From the NCBI GenBank assembly GCA_964637955.1, contig CAZWXQ010000003.1, positions 223,154-287,153 on the forward strand: a stretch of 64,000 nt of DNA, read 5' to 3'. The number at the start of each line of letters is the position of its first letter. Positions within the stretch are counted from its first letter, which is position 1. This DNA is from an uncultured Gammaproteobacteria bacterium (GTDB taxonomy: Bacteria > Patescibacteriota > Microgenomatia > Levybacterales > UBA12049). Below are positions 20,398 to 30,659 of this stretch, in pieces. A program made the position numbers and the translations under genes. The notes under the pieces were generated by a model, which saw only the letters and a list, made by a program, of their open reading frames with translations, did not search any database and had not been told where the DNA came from.

Positions 20398-20488
20398 GTA
20401 TCTCTAAGTTAGCAAAAGTTGTAAATTTAATTTCTATATTTGCAGCGTTCGATGACTTTGATTTTGATAAGTTTGGTAAGATAAGAGA

Positions 20489-21535
20489 ATGGATGAAATA
20501 GTTGTTTCAGAGCCTTCAGGAGAACTTCCCATATCCGGTCAAAAATTAGGAATGATTGTGAGCGCTATGGAATCTTCAGCGCTTGTGGTTTATGATAGTG
20601 CGCCTGGTCAACAAATCCTAGAAGGAGATATTGATGGATTGGGTTTTAGAGTAAGAATGCCACATCTGAGAAAAGGAAAGCATGCAAATGTAGGAATTGT
20701 TGATATTAATGATGTCGATGGTAGTGTTTATTCATTTGTTTTAAGAAATAAATCTCATGATGCGAAGAAACATCAGGAAATAGTTAAAAATCATCCAGGA
20801 GTTAGAGGTTTACTGCCAAGGCAGTACGACATTGTTGGGGACTGGGTAGTTTTGGAAAGGTTGCAAGGGTTAGAGCTAGAAGAATTATTAGATAGAATGG
20901 ATACGGATTCTGATTTTGTGGTTAAGTACGCAGAAGAAGCCTGGAGTACAATTCAATCAGTTTTGGGAGAGGGACTGGAAACACAAGATGTTAGATTTGC
21001 AATCGGTCATAATGTTATGGTTAATCCTGAATCTGCAAAGGTAAGACTGATTGAGCAAACTTCTCTCTCAAAGTCGCCAAGAGGTTATTCGGGAAATGAG
21101 AGATTAACGCGAATGCTGATGAATGAGCTGGAAGGTGCAAATGAATATTCTGATTCGCAGCTGCAGTTTTTGATTTCACTTTTTGGAAAAGCAATAGAAG
21201 TAAATGATCCAAATCAATTATTTGTGAGAGGAAGGGCAATTAAGAAAGGGCATCCTGATTTCGAAGATATTTGGAAGTCTTATTATGGAGGCAGCATGAT
21301 TCTTAAGTCCGAGGGAAATGATAAGCCTTGGTATTTAGAGCAGAGAACCACCGAGCCGCCAGAGACTCTTGGCTTTTGGGAACAAGGAGTTACAAGAACT
21401 TTTTCTCCTGCATTTTGGGATTCTGTTAATGCTGGTTCAGTTGAAGGATTGAGAGATGTATTGAATTCTGGAGCAGGTAGAGCTGAAATTACTGATCCTA
21501 ATGACTTTAGGAGTAGACCTATTTTAATTATTTAA
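20489..21535 (+). CDS. Hypothetical protein with weak protein-kinase-like features (possible atypical or pseudo-kinase)
   Basis: It is 348 aa. The segment VVLERLQGLEL...AIGHNVMVNPESAKVRLIEQ resembles a kinase hinge plus catalytic loop, with His-Asn in place of HxD and IEQ in place of DFG. Confidence 0.45.
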   Translation: MDEIVVSEPSGELPISGQKLGMIVSAMESSALVVYDSAPGQQILEGDIDGLGFRVRMPHLRKGKHANVGIVDINDVDGSVYSFVLRNKSHDAKKHQEIVKNHPGVRGLLPRQYDIVGDWVVLERLQGLELEELLDRMDTDSDFVVKYAEEAWSTIQSVLGEGLETQDVRFAIGHNVMVNPESAKVRLIEQTSLSKSPRGYSGNERLTRMLMNELEGANEYSDSQLQFLISLFGKAIEVNDPNQLFVRGRAIKKGHPDFEDIWKSYYGGSMILKSEGNDKPWYLEQRTTEPPETLGFWEQGVTRTFSPAFWDSVNAGSVEGLRDVLNSGAGRAEITDPNDFRSRPILII

Positions 21536-21580
21536 ACAAAGCTAGGAAAATTAATTTTTGTGTTTGCACGTTCGATAATG

Positions 21581-21609
21581 TTGACACTGGCTTTTGAAGT
21601 GATATAATC
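21581..21609 (+). promoter_or_regulatory. Sigma70-type promoter, TTGACA-N16-TATAAT, 10 nt upstream of the ATG at 21619 (leaderless)
   Basis: TTGACA spans 21581-21586 and TATAAT 21603-21608, read directly from the sequence. Confidence 0.5.
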
Positions 21610-21618
21610 CCCGTTAAT

Positions 21619-22227
21619 ATGTTAAATCCAGATAAAAGACCCATGCTTGGCGCAGCGATTGTATTAGGCACCTTTGCTGTTTTAGGAGGAGGAATAGCAG
21701 CAAATAACATTGGAGATTTTTATAGAAAAGCAAGCGAAAGACGAGCTGCAGAAGAACAATCTAAAAGAAATGAAGAACAGGCTTGGCTTACACGGGTCGC
21801 AAGCGACCGTCTAGGTGAATGGGGGCTTACTGGAGAAGTGACCGTAACAGGAGGACCAGAGGTTGTAGTCCAAAAAAATGAGGATGGTTCTGAAATTCTC
21901 ATGATTAATTTCACTTGGCTTGATCCTGATGGAGAAACAAGTCATTTTGCATCCTTACATCCTAGAGCAACAAAAATAGATGTAGTTAAATCTGAAGATC
22001 CTCAAGCTGAATCAACTATGGAAGTAGACTTTGAAGATTTGTCAGGTCTAGGATATAACATAGCACTCGCCGACACATACGAGATTATGGGTGAATATAG
22101 GGAGCCGGAATATCCATTGGAGGCTTTTTCATCAAGAGTTACTTTTAATTTGAATCCAGTTGATCTCCAAGCTTTTAATGATTCGCTTGGAGCACAGCCT
22201 CTTCAAGATCCATCAGTAAATTCATAA
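21619..22227 (+). CDS. Hypothetical membrane-anchored protein
   Basis: It is 202 aa with an N-terminal TM or signal anchor (MLGAAIVLGTFAVLGGGIAA) and an acidic C-terminal domain. Confidence 0.5.
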   Translation: MLNPDKRPMLGAAIVLGTFAVLGGGIAANNIGDFYRKASERRAAEEQSKRNEEQAWLTRVASDRLGEWGLTGEVTVTGGPEVVVQKNEDGSEILMINFTWLDPDGETSHFASLHPRATKIDVVKSEDPQAESTMEVDFEDLSGLGYNIALADTYEIMGEYREPEYPLEAFSSRVTFNLNPVDLQAFNDSLGAQPLQDPSVNS

Positions 22228-22282
22228 AGTTCATTTGTTTGATTACTCCGTTTCTTATATTGGTGATTGTATACGTTTTTAA

Positions 22283-22311
22283 TTGATTTGTAGCTATTTT
22301 ATGGCTATAAT
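22283..22311 (+). promoter_or_regulatory. Sigma70-type promoter, TTGATT-N17-TATAAT, 8 nt upstream of the ATG at 22320 (leaderless)
   Basis: Read directly from the sequence. Confidence 0.45.
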
Positions 22312-22319
22312 CCATTCTC

Positions 22320-23786
22320 ATGTCGCCAGAACGTCAAATGTCAGATAAAAGCAGAAGGTATAGAGAAAGAGATGCTCGCTTAGGGATTGATCGGAAATGG
22401 CCTGAAGACAAGCCGCCTGGAAAATTTGTAGGTGATCTTTTAGGTTGGGATCAAGAAAAATTTACTGGGCCTGCAAGAGGTTTAGATCGGGCTGTGGAAA
22501 GGGCGCAGAATTTCGAACTTTGGAGTCCCGAAATTGAAGAAAGAACCTTAAGATTTGCGACATCTTTCGGGCTTTTATATGCAGAAAATTATCTTCAAGC
22601 TGCAAATAATATAAGAATTTTGGATGGATTAAGAGAGGCTCCAGTCAATCACCAAGCCCAAGATACCCTGTATGAAGTCTCACTTGATGCATATAGAACT
22701 TTAAAAAGAAAAGCAGGTCAGTTTTTCTTAAAATCCTATCCTGCTATGATTAAGCTTGGTCAAGATCCACATCAATATTTAGCTAGGGTTCAAAGTGCTA
22801 AAAGCGCTGGAGGAAGTTTGTTTGCTGCAAAAGTTGCCACATATTTACCAGACGTAATTGGAAAGGGTGGAAATCCAGATGAATTTAGCGCTGCTGCTTT
22901 AGCTGTTAGGCATGACGTTTCTTTTAAAACATCTTCGTTATTTATGTCACTTGCATCTGAAGTAGCTAGTGAAGGTGAAGGAAGGATGTTTGATTTTAAA
23001 GATAGAGTGATAGAAAGCGCAGAAGTATTGGGACCTGAAACTACTGCCTGGGCTCTGCCAGCATTTGTTTATCTAGAGCATCGAGCAGGAGTAAATAGCG
23101 CACAAACTCAAGCAGAAATCGCAGAAATAATTAAGCAAAAAGGAGATAAAGCTGCGCAGTGGTATATCGCGGGACTCAGGCGTATTGGAGGTGCAATGAT
23201 AAACCCTGATGACGACCCAAGTAAATATAGACGTAGATTAGAGCATCCTGAGGATATTATTCCTACTGTGCAAACGCTTGAAGATTTTAAAGCAGTCTAT
23301 CCGCAGGTTTTAGATCGGCTTGGAATTACCGCTGCATCTTTTTTCTCACGTACAGTGGAATTTACTGACCCAGCTTCTTATATGGATGCTATGGTATATG
23401 CTCAAGGAGTAATAGGCAAGCCATTATTTGATAAAGCATTATGGGCAATCATAAGATCTTCTAAAGGGGCTTGGAATCATGGTGAAGCCACAAGCGCTTG
23501 GATGATGTTTAATCATTTAGTTAGTAAATATAGGAGAAATCCTGATGAGAAGTTTTCTGCACTTATGGATTATGCAGTTAAAACAGCAAGCTTTAAAGAC
23601 AGTCGACTTGGAACTTTATCTCCTCGTAGAAAAATGTCAGAAGAGCTACAAGCTAGATATGGATTTGAAGGATATAGTTCTGATTATGCCTCTACAGACG
23701 AAGGAGAAACAGAGCTATATAGAAAGTGGAGAGCCCCGCAACGTGAAGCAACTCAGAGATGGCTAGCAAGTCAAAATAAATCTTAA
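22320..23786 (+). CDS. Hypothetical protein
   Basis: It is a 488 aa soluble protein of mostly alpha-helical composition with no recognisable motif. Confidence 0.55.
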   Translation: MSPERQMSDKSRRYRERDARLGIDRKWPEDKPPGKFVGDLLGWDQEKFTGPARGLDRAVERAQNFELWSPEIEERTLRFATSFGLLYAENYLQAANNIRILDGLREAPVNHQAQDTLYEVSLDAYRTLKRKAGQFFLKSYPAMIKLGQDPHQYLARVQSAKSAGGSLFAAKVATYLPDVIGKGGNPDEFSAAALAVRHDVSFKTSSLFMSLASEVASEGEGRMFDFKDRVIESAEVLGPETTAWALPAFVYLEHRAGVNSAQTQAEIAEIIKQKGDKAAQWYIAGLRRIGGAMINPDDDPSKYRRRLEHPEDIIPTVQTLEDFKAVYPQVLDRLGITAASFFSRTVEFTDPASYMDAMVYAQGVIGKPLFDKALWAIIRSSKGAWNHGEATSAWMMFNHLVSKYRRNPDEKFSALMDYAVKTASFKDSRLGTLSPRRKMSEELQARYGFEGYSSDYASTDEGETELYRKWRAPQREATQRWLASQNKS

Positions 23787-23804
23787 TCCTTCGGTGCTTT
23801 TAAT

Positions 23805-24215
23805 CTAATTTCTGTGTTTTCTTCGTTCGGCGACTTTGAGCTGGAGGATGCTTCTTCGAAGTTCTGTCTCGAGTTGTGCTAATTCTTCTTGAGATTTACT
23901 TTCTGATTTCATTTTTTCAGCTTTAGCTCTAGCTTGTTCTACTTTTGCAATTTCAATATCTTCCGCTCTGACCGCATAGTCCCCAAGAATATTTACTTTA
24001 TTATTATTTACTTCCATATAGCCTCCCATAATAGCTATTGAATCAGTTTTATTCCCATTTTTTATTTGAAGTTCACCTGGTAATACTTGTGTTAAGAGGG
24101 AAATATGATGAGGCAAAATTCCAAGCTCTCCTTTTACAGTTGGCACAAGAACTTCATCGGCTTCACCCGAAAAGATCTGGGCTTGGGGAGTTAAGATATC
24201 AACTGTTAGTTTCAT
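23805..24215 (-). CDS. atpC: F1Fo ATP synthase epsilon subunit
   Basis: It is 136 aa with an N-terminal beta-sandwich-type sequence. It is the last gene of the atp operon. Confidence 0.8.
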   Translation of the reverse strand: MKLTVDILTPQAQIFSGEADEVLVPTVKGELGILPHHISLLTQVLPGELQIKNGNKTDSIAIMGGYMEVNNNKVNILGDYAVRAEDIEIAKVEQARAKAEKMKSESKSQEELAQLETELRRSILQLKVAERRKHRN

Positions 24216-24247
24216 AATTAGTGGAGTTAGAGCAAATGCTCTAAAAA

Positions 24248-26492
<2,245 letters not shown>

Positions 26493-26496
26493 AATT

Positions 26497-28023
26497 TTAT
26501 TTGAATATTTTCTTAAAGTCTTTTAGTGCTTTTTCAAGTTCAGCAGATGATTTATCGTTAATTTTTTCTCCAGATTCGATAAGCGTTACGACTTTTGGAT
26601 GATTTCTTTTTATGAAAGTATGCAACTCTTTTTCAAATCTTCCTACTTCAGAAAGTTCTACATCATCAAGGAATCCATTTGTGACAGACCAAATACTTAG
26701 TACTTCATAAGCTTCTGGAAGAGGTACATATTGACCTTGTTTTAAGATTTCTTGTGTTCTTTTTCCTCGCTCTAAGGCTTGGGCTGTTGCTGCATCAAGG
26801 TCAGATCCAAATTGAGAAAATGCTGCAAGTTCCATGAACTGTGCAACTTCAAGTTTCATTTTTCCTGCAACTGATTTCATTACTCCTGTTTGAGCGTCTC
26901 CTCCTACACGAGAAACTGAAGTTCCTACGTTAATAGCGGGTCTGAATCCACTATTGAAAAGACTGTTCTGTACGAAAATTTGACCGTCAGTAATAGAAAT
27001 AACATTGGTAGGAATATATGCAGAAATATCATCTGCTTGAGTTTCAATAATTGGTAATGCAGTGATTGATCCACCACCATTATCTTTGTTAAGTTTAACT
27101 GCTCTTTCAAGAAGGCGAGAGTGAAGGTAAAAAACATCTCCGGGATAAGCTTCACGACCTGCAGGTCGCCTTAGAACTAATGAAATCTGCCTATATGCCC
27201 AAGCGTGCTTGGTAAGATCATCGTAGATTACTAATACGTCTTGACCTTTTTCTAGGAAATATTCAGAAATTGCAGCTCCAGCATATGGCGCTAAATATTG
27301 CTTAGCTACTGGATCAGATGATGAAGCAGAAACGACGATTGAATATTCCATAGCTTCTGTTTCTTGAAGTTTTCCTATAATTCTTGCAATATTAGATTTT
27401 TTCTGACCGATAGCTACATAGACACAAACAACTGGTTTAAGCTTTGCGTCTTTCTTCCTAAATTCTTTTTGATTGATAATAGTGTCAATTGCGATAGCAG
27501 TTTTTCCAAGTCCTCTGTCTCCAATAATAAGCTGTCTTTGACCTCGTCCAATAGGGAACATAGCATCAATTGCTTTTATGCCAGTCTTGAGTGGGGTATT
27601 AACGTGTTCGCGCTCAACAACTCCAGGAGCGATATGCTCAAGAGGCATTAGTTTTCCTTTTTTAACTGCTGGTTTCCCATCTTCTGGTGTTCCAAGTGGA
27701 TCTATAACTCTTCCCAAAAGATCGTCGGAGACATTAATCGAGAGGAGCTCTCCTGTAGTTTTTACTTTATCTCCTTCTTTAATGTCATTTCCTTCGCCGA
27801 GAAGAATAATTGAAACTGAGTCTTCGTCAAGATTTAGAACTACTCCATTTACGCCGTTTTCAAATTCCACTCTTTCTCCCATAGTTGCTTGGGAGAGTCC
27901 TGTGGCTTTTATAACGCCATCGGTATTTTGTTCAACGTATCCTACATTCTGAAGTTTTGGATCTGAGCTCCAAGATGTAAGATTCTTTTCTAAATTTTTA
28001 ATTATATTATCTTCGTTAATCAT
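26497..28023 (-). CDS. atpA: F1Fo ATP synthase alpha subunit
   Basis: The P-loop GDRGLGKTAIA is present. Length is 508 aa. Confidence 0.95.
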   Translation of the reverse strand: MINEDNIIKNLEKNLTSWSSDPKLQNVGYVEQNTDGVIKATGLSQATMGERVEFENGVNGVVLNLDEDSVSIILLGEGNDIKEGDKVKTTGELLSINVSDDLLGRVIDPLGTPEDGKPAVKKGKLMPLEHIAPGVVEREHVNTPLKTGIKAIDAMFPIGRGQRQLIIGDRGLGKTAIAIDTIINQKEFRKKDAKLKPVVCVYVAIGQKKSNIARIIGKLQETEAMEYSIVVSASSSDPVAKQYLAPYAGAAISEYFLEKGQDVLVIYDDLTKHAWAYRQISLVLRRPAGREAYPGDVFYLHSRLLERAVKLNKDNGGGSITALPIIETQADDISAYIPTNVISITDGQIFVQNSLFNSGFRPAINVGTSVSRVGGDAQTGVMKSVAGKMKLEVAQFMELAAFSQFGSDLDAATAQALERGKRTQEILKQGQYVPLPEAYEVLSIWSVTNGFLDDVELSEVGRFEKELHTFIKRNHPKVVTLIESGEKINDKSSAELEKALKDFKKIFK

Positions 28024-28366
28024 TTGTTGTTTTTATAGAACTTTCTAGGAATCCTTTTAATGATAATTCATATTCATTATCAAAATCGACTACTTTTATT
28101 CCAGTTAAAAGAGTTGGATCGATTGCAAATATAATTTTCTTGTCCGGATAAAGTTTCGTAAATTGATCTTTAATTTCTCTAATACCTTCTTCACTTGGGA
28201 GAGTGACAGTAACAGTTTTTCTTGAATCAAGCGCTTTTAAGCTTTTTATGTATACTTTTAAATCCTCTCTTTTAAGATTTTTAGCAATTTTTTCTATTTT
28301 ATCATGATCAAGGTCGTTTTTGGTATAGCTTTCTTCTGCAAGTTTTTTTATTAAATTTTTCTTCAT
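28016..28366 (-). CDS. atpH: F1Fo ATP synthase delta subunit, unusually short at 116 aa
   Basis: Its position between atpF and atpA supports the call. The C-terminus IDPTLLTGIKVVDFDNEYELSLKGFLESS resembles the OSCP/delta C-terminal domain. The N-terminal domain appears absent. Confidence 0.55.
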   Translation of the reverse strand: MKKNLIKKLAEESYTKNDLDHDKIEKIAKNLKREDLKVYIKSLKALDSRKTVTVTLPSEEGIREIKDQFTKLYPDKKIIFAIDPTLLTGIKVVDFDNEYELSLKGFLESSIKTTND

Positions 28367-28367
28367 G

Positions 28368-28877
28368 TTATGCTATATTTTGCTTTTTAAGCTGTGCCTC
28401 TGCTTTTTCGAGAATAAAAGATTGTTCGGATTTTCCAAAAATTCCTGTCAGTGATTTTTCTAGTAAATTTATTGCAATTCCACCAATCTTAGCTGTAAGG
28501 CGTTCTTCGGCGAGTCTAGTTTCGTTCTCGATAGTTTCTCTTGCAATACTTAGCATCTTTTCTGCATCTTTTCTTGCAGCCTCTTCGATTTGAGCCCTAG
28601 TTTCGTTAGCTTCTGCTTTAGCATCAGCTACGATTTTTTCAGCCTTCGCTTGAGCACTTTGTAGTAGCTGAGTTTCTTTTGTCTGCGCATCAGCTAAAAG
28701 CTTTTCAGCTTCTTCTTTGTTTTTAATCCCTTGTTTTACATCCTGCTCGCGCTTATTCAGCATGTCTAAAACAGGCTTGTAGAGAATTTTCTTTAACAGA
28801 AACATGATTATTAAGAAATTAATAATCTGTGCTATAAAAAGAGTTGGATTAAACCCAAATTCTTTTAATATATCCAT
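28368..28877 (-). CDS. atpF: F1Fo ATP synthase b subunit
   Basis: It has an N-terminal TM helix followed by a long charged helix. Length is 169 aa. Confidence 0.7.
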   Translation of the reverse strand: MDILKEFGFNPTLFIAQIINFLIIMFLLKKILYKPVLDMLNKREQDVKQGIKNKEEAEKLLADAQTKETQLLQSAQAKAEKIVADAKAEANETRAQIEEAARKDAEKMLSIARETIENETRLAEERLTAKIGGIAINLLEKSLTGIFGKSEQSFILEKAEAQLKKQNIA

Positions 28878-28888
28878 AATTTAAAAGC

Positions 28889-29095
28889 TTATCCTGTAAA
28901 AGCCAAGATAAGAGAGTAAATTGCGATAGCTTCTGCGAACGCCATTCCTAAAAGCATAGCTGGTAATATTTTTCCTGAAGCATCAGGATTTCTTCCGATA
29001 GCTTCCATAGCTTTCATACCAATAAGACCGATTGCGATAGCAGGTAACATACCTCCGAGAGCTACAATTAAACCTCCTGAAATACTAAATTCCAC
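28889..29095 (-). CDS. atpE: F1Fo ATP synthase c subunit
   Basis: It is a 68 aa two-helix hairpin with the conserved carboxylate in AFAEAIAIY. Confidence 0.85.
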   Translation of the reverse strand: MEFSISGGLIVALGGMLPAIAIGLIGMKAMEAIGRNPDASGKILPAMLLGMAFAEAIAIYSLILAFTG

Positions 29096-29180
29096 TAGTG
29101 ACTCACCTCCCTTCGCCCTTCAATACTTTTTATGTTAGAAGGGTTTTTTAAATTATATAAAAATGTTTTATTGTTCATAT

Positions 29181-30047
29181 TTATTTTACACTCACTGGTA
29201 ATTTTTCCTGAGTATGTTCTTCGTCTTCATGATGAGAGCTCGACAGGATAATCATAAATACCATTGTTAACATTGAGAAAACCAACGCCTGAATTCCGCC
29301 AGCAATTAGCTCAAGCATCATAAAGGGTATTGGGAAAATAAAGGCAAATATTCCATGGACAGTGTTAAGCACAACTTCTCCCGCATATATATTACCAAAA
29401 AGACGGAAAGAAAGCGATATGGCTTTTACGAATTCAGAAAGAAGTTCCAGAAGTCCAACGAAAATTAATACTATTGGGGTGATAATGGATACAACTAGAT
29501 CGAGTGGATTCATGTTTTTAACACTTACTTTGCCCTGACCAATTTTTATTAGATAGGGAATAAAAGCAAAGAATTTACTTAAGTATTCCCTAAATCCAAG
29601 AAGCCTTATCGCGTATACGTGTGTAATTACGAGAGATAAAACTGCTAAAGCAAGAGTTGTATTTAAATCGCTTGTTGTAGGTCTATTAAATGGAATGAAT
29701 TCTTTTTCAAGATGGCCATCATGCATTACTGGCTCATAAATTCCAAAAGTTCCAAGTCCTGGAACAAGACCTGATAAATTTGCTACCAAAATAAATAAGA
29801 AAAAAGACATGAAGATGGGAAAGATTGCTTTAGTTTTGTTTTCTGCAACGCCATTTACAAAATTATGAAAACCTGAGAGAAAAAGTTCAATAACATTTTG
29901 AAATTTTCCTGGAATATATTTGAGTTTGGACTTTGTGGCAAATGCTAATGCAATCAAAAAACCATCCACAAAAATGGTGTTAATTACTGTATTTGTAACT
30001 GGGAATCTCCCAATTTCGAATAAAACCTCAGGTGCAAACGATGACAT
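29181..30047 (-). CDS. atpB: F1Fo ATP synthase a subunit
   Basis: The conserved essential-Arg motif LSFRLFGNIYAGE is present. Length is 288 aa. Confidence 0.85.
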   Translation of the reverse strand: MSSFAPEVLFEIGRFPVTNTVINTIFVDGFLIALAFATKSKLKYIPGKFQNVIELFLSGFHNFVNGVAENKTKAIFPIFMSFFLFILVANLSGLVPGLGTFGIYEPVMHDGHLEKEFIPFNRPTTSDLNTTLALAVLSLVITHVYAIRLLGFREYLSKFFAFIPYLIKIGQGKVSVKNMNPLDLVVSIITPIVLIFVGLLELLSEFVKAISLSFRLFGNIYAGEVVLNTVHGIFAFIFPIPFMMLELIAGGIQALVFSMLTMVFMIILSSSHHEDEEHTQEKLPVSVK

Positions 30048-30151
30048 AAAAAATCTTAATTTTTAATTACTAACAACAGAAAGTATTTTACAATTCAAGG
30101 CTATAATTCGTCAAGCAGCGAATTTTAGAGCATTCATATATTGTGAAATGT

Positions 30152-30180
30152 TTGACAACAAATTTCTAGTTATTTATAAT
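30152..30180 (+). promoter_or_regulatory. Consensus sigma70 promoter TTGACA-N17-TATAAT, 8 nt upstream of the ATG at 30189 (leaderless)
   Basis: TTGACA spans 30152-30157 and TATAAT 30175-30180, with an exactly 17-nt spacer. Confidence 0.5.
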
Positions 30181-30188
30181 CCCAATCT

Positions 30189-30659
30189 ATGTCAGCATCT
30201 GAAAGACGATCAGCGGAAAGAGCTTGGAGGGATGGATTGCCCAGAGTGGAAGAAGTGGTAAGTCCAGCTCTTATAAGGTACTTAAGACAATCTGCTGTCG
30301 ATAGGTATGGCCACGCAGAAGAAAAAGCAGTTAAAGATTTTGCTCAAGCATTTCTAACAGATTTTGCAGGACATCCAAGAATTGAAGAGGAAGTTGCGCG
30401 ATTGGTTTTGCGTTCAGTAGTTCAAGGTCAGTGGGCAACAGTTGTCTCACTTAATCCTTATTCTGATTCGCGAGCTGATTATAATGCGCAGTTAATAGCT
30501 GAGGGTTATGGCTTATTAAGGCCTTTCAATTTTGGAGAAAGACAGGAAGATGTTGATCCTGTGAATGCACTTAGGCCGACAAGATTTTTATTGGAAGGTG
30601 TTGCGGCAAGATTAAATGGAGATATAGCAATAAAAGTAACTCCAGAAGGCCGACGCTAA
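30189..30659 (+). CDS. Hypothetical protein
   Basis: It is a 156 aa ORF, noticeably GC-richer than its surroundings. It sits between the atp operon and dnaE. Confidence 0.5.
   Translation: MSASERRSAERAWRDGLPRVEEVVSPALIRYLRQSAVDRYGHAEEKAVKDFAQAFLTDFAGHPRIEEEVARLVLRSVVQGQWATVVSLNPYSDSRADYNAQLIAEGYGLLRPFNFGERQEDVDPVNALRPTRFLLEGVAARLNGDIAIKVTPEGRR

Noticed and set aside
23545-23766. 73 aa ORF in an alternative frame within the 22320-23786 gene
   Set aside because: It is same-strand and out of frame, with no promoter or RBS. The longer frame is preferred.
26925-27952. Several 75-125 aa ORFs overlapping atpA (26925-27155, 27364-27651, 27578-27952)
   Set aside because: They are embedded in or antisense to the highly conserved atpA reading frame. 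They show no independent signals.
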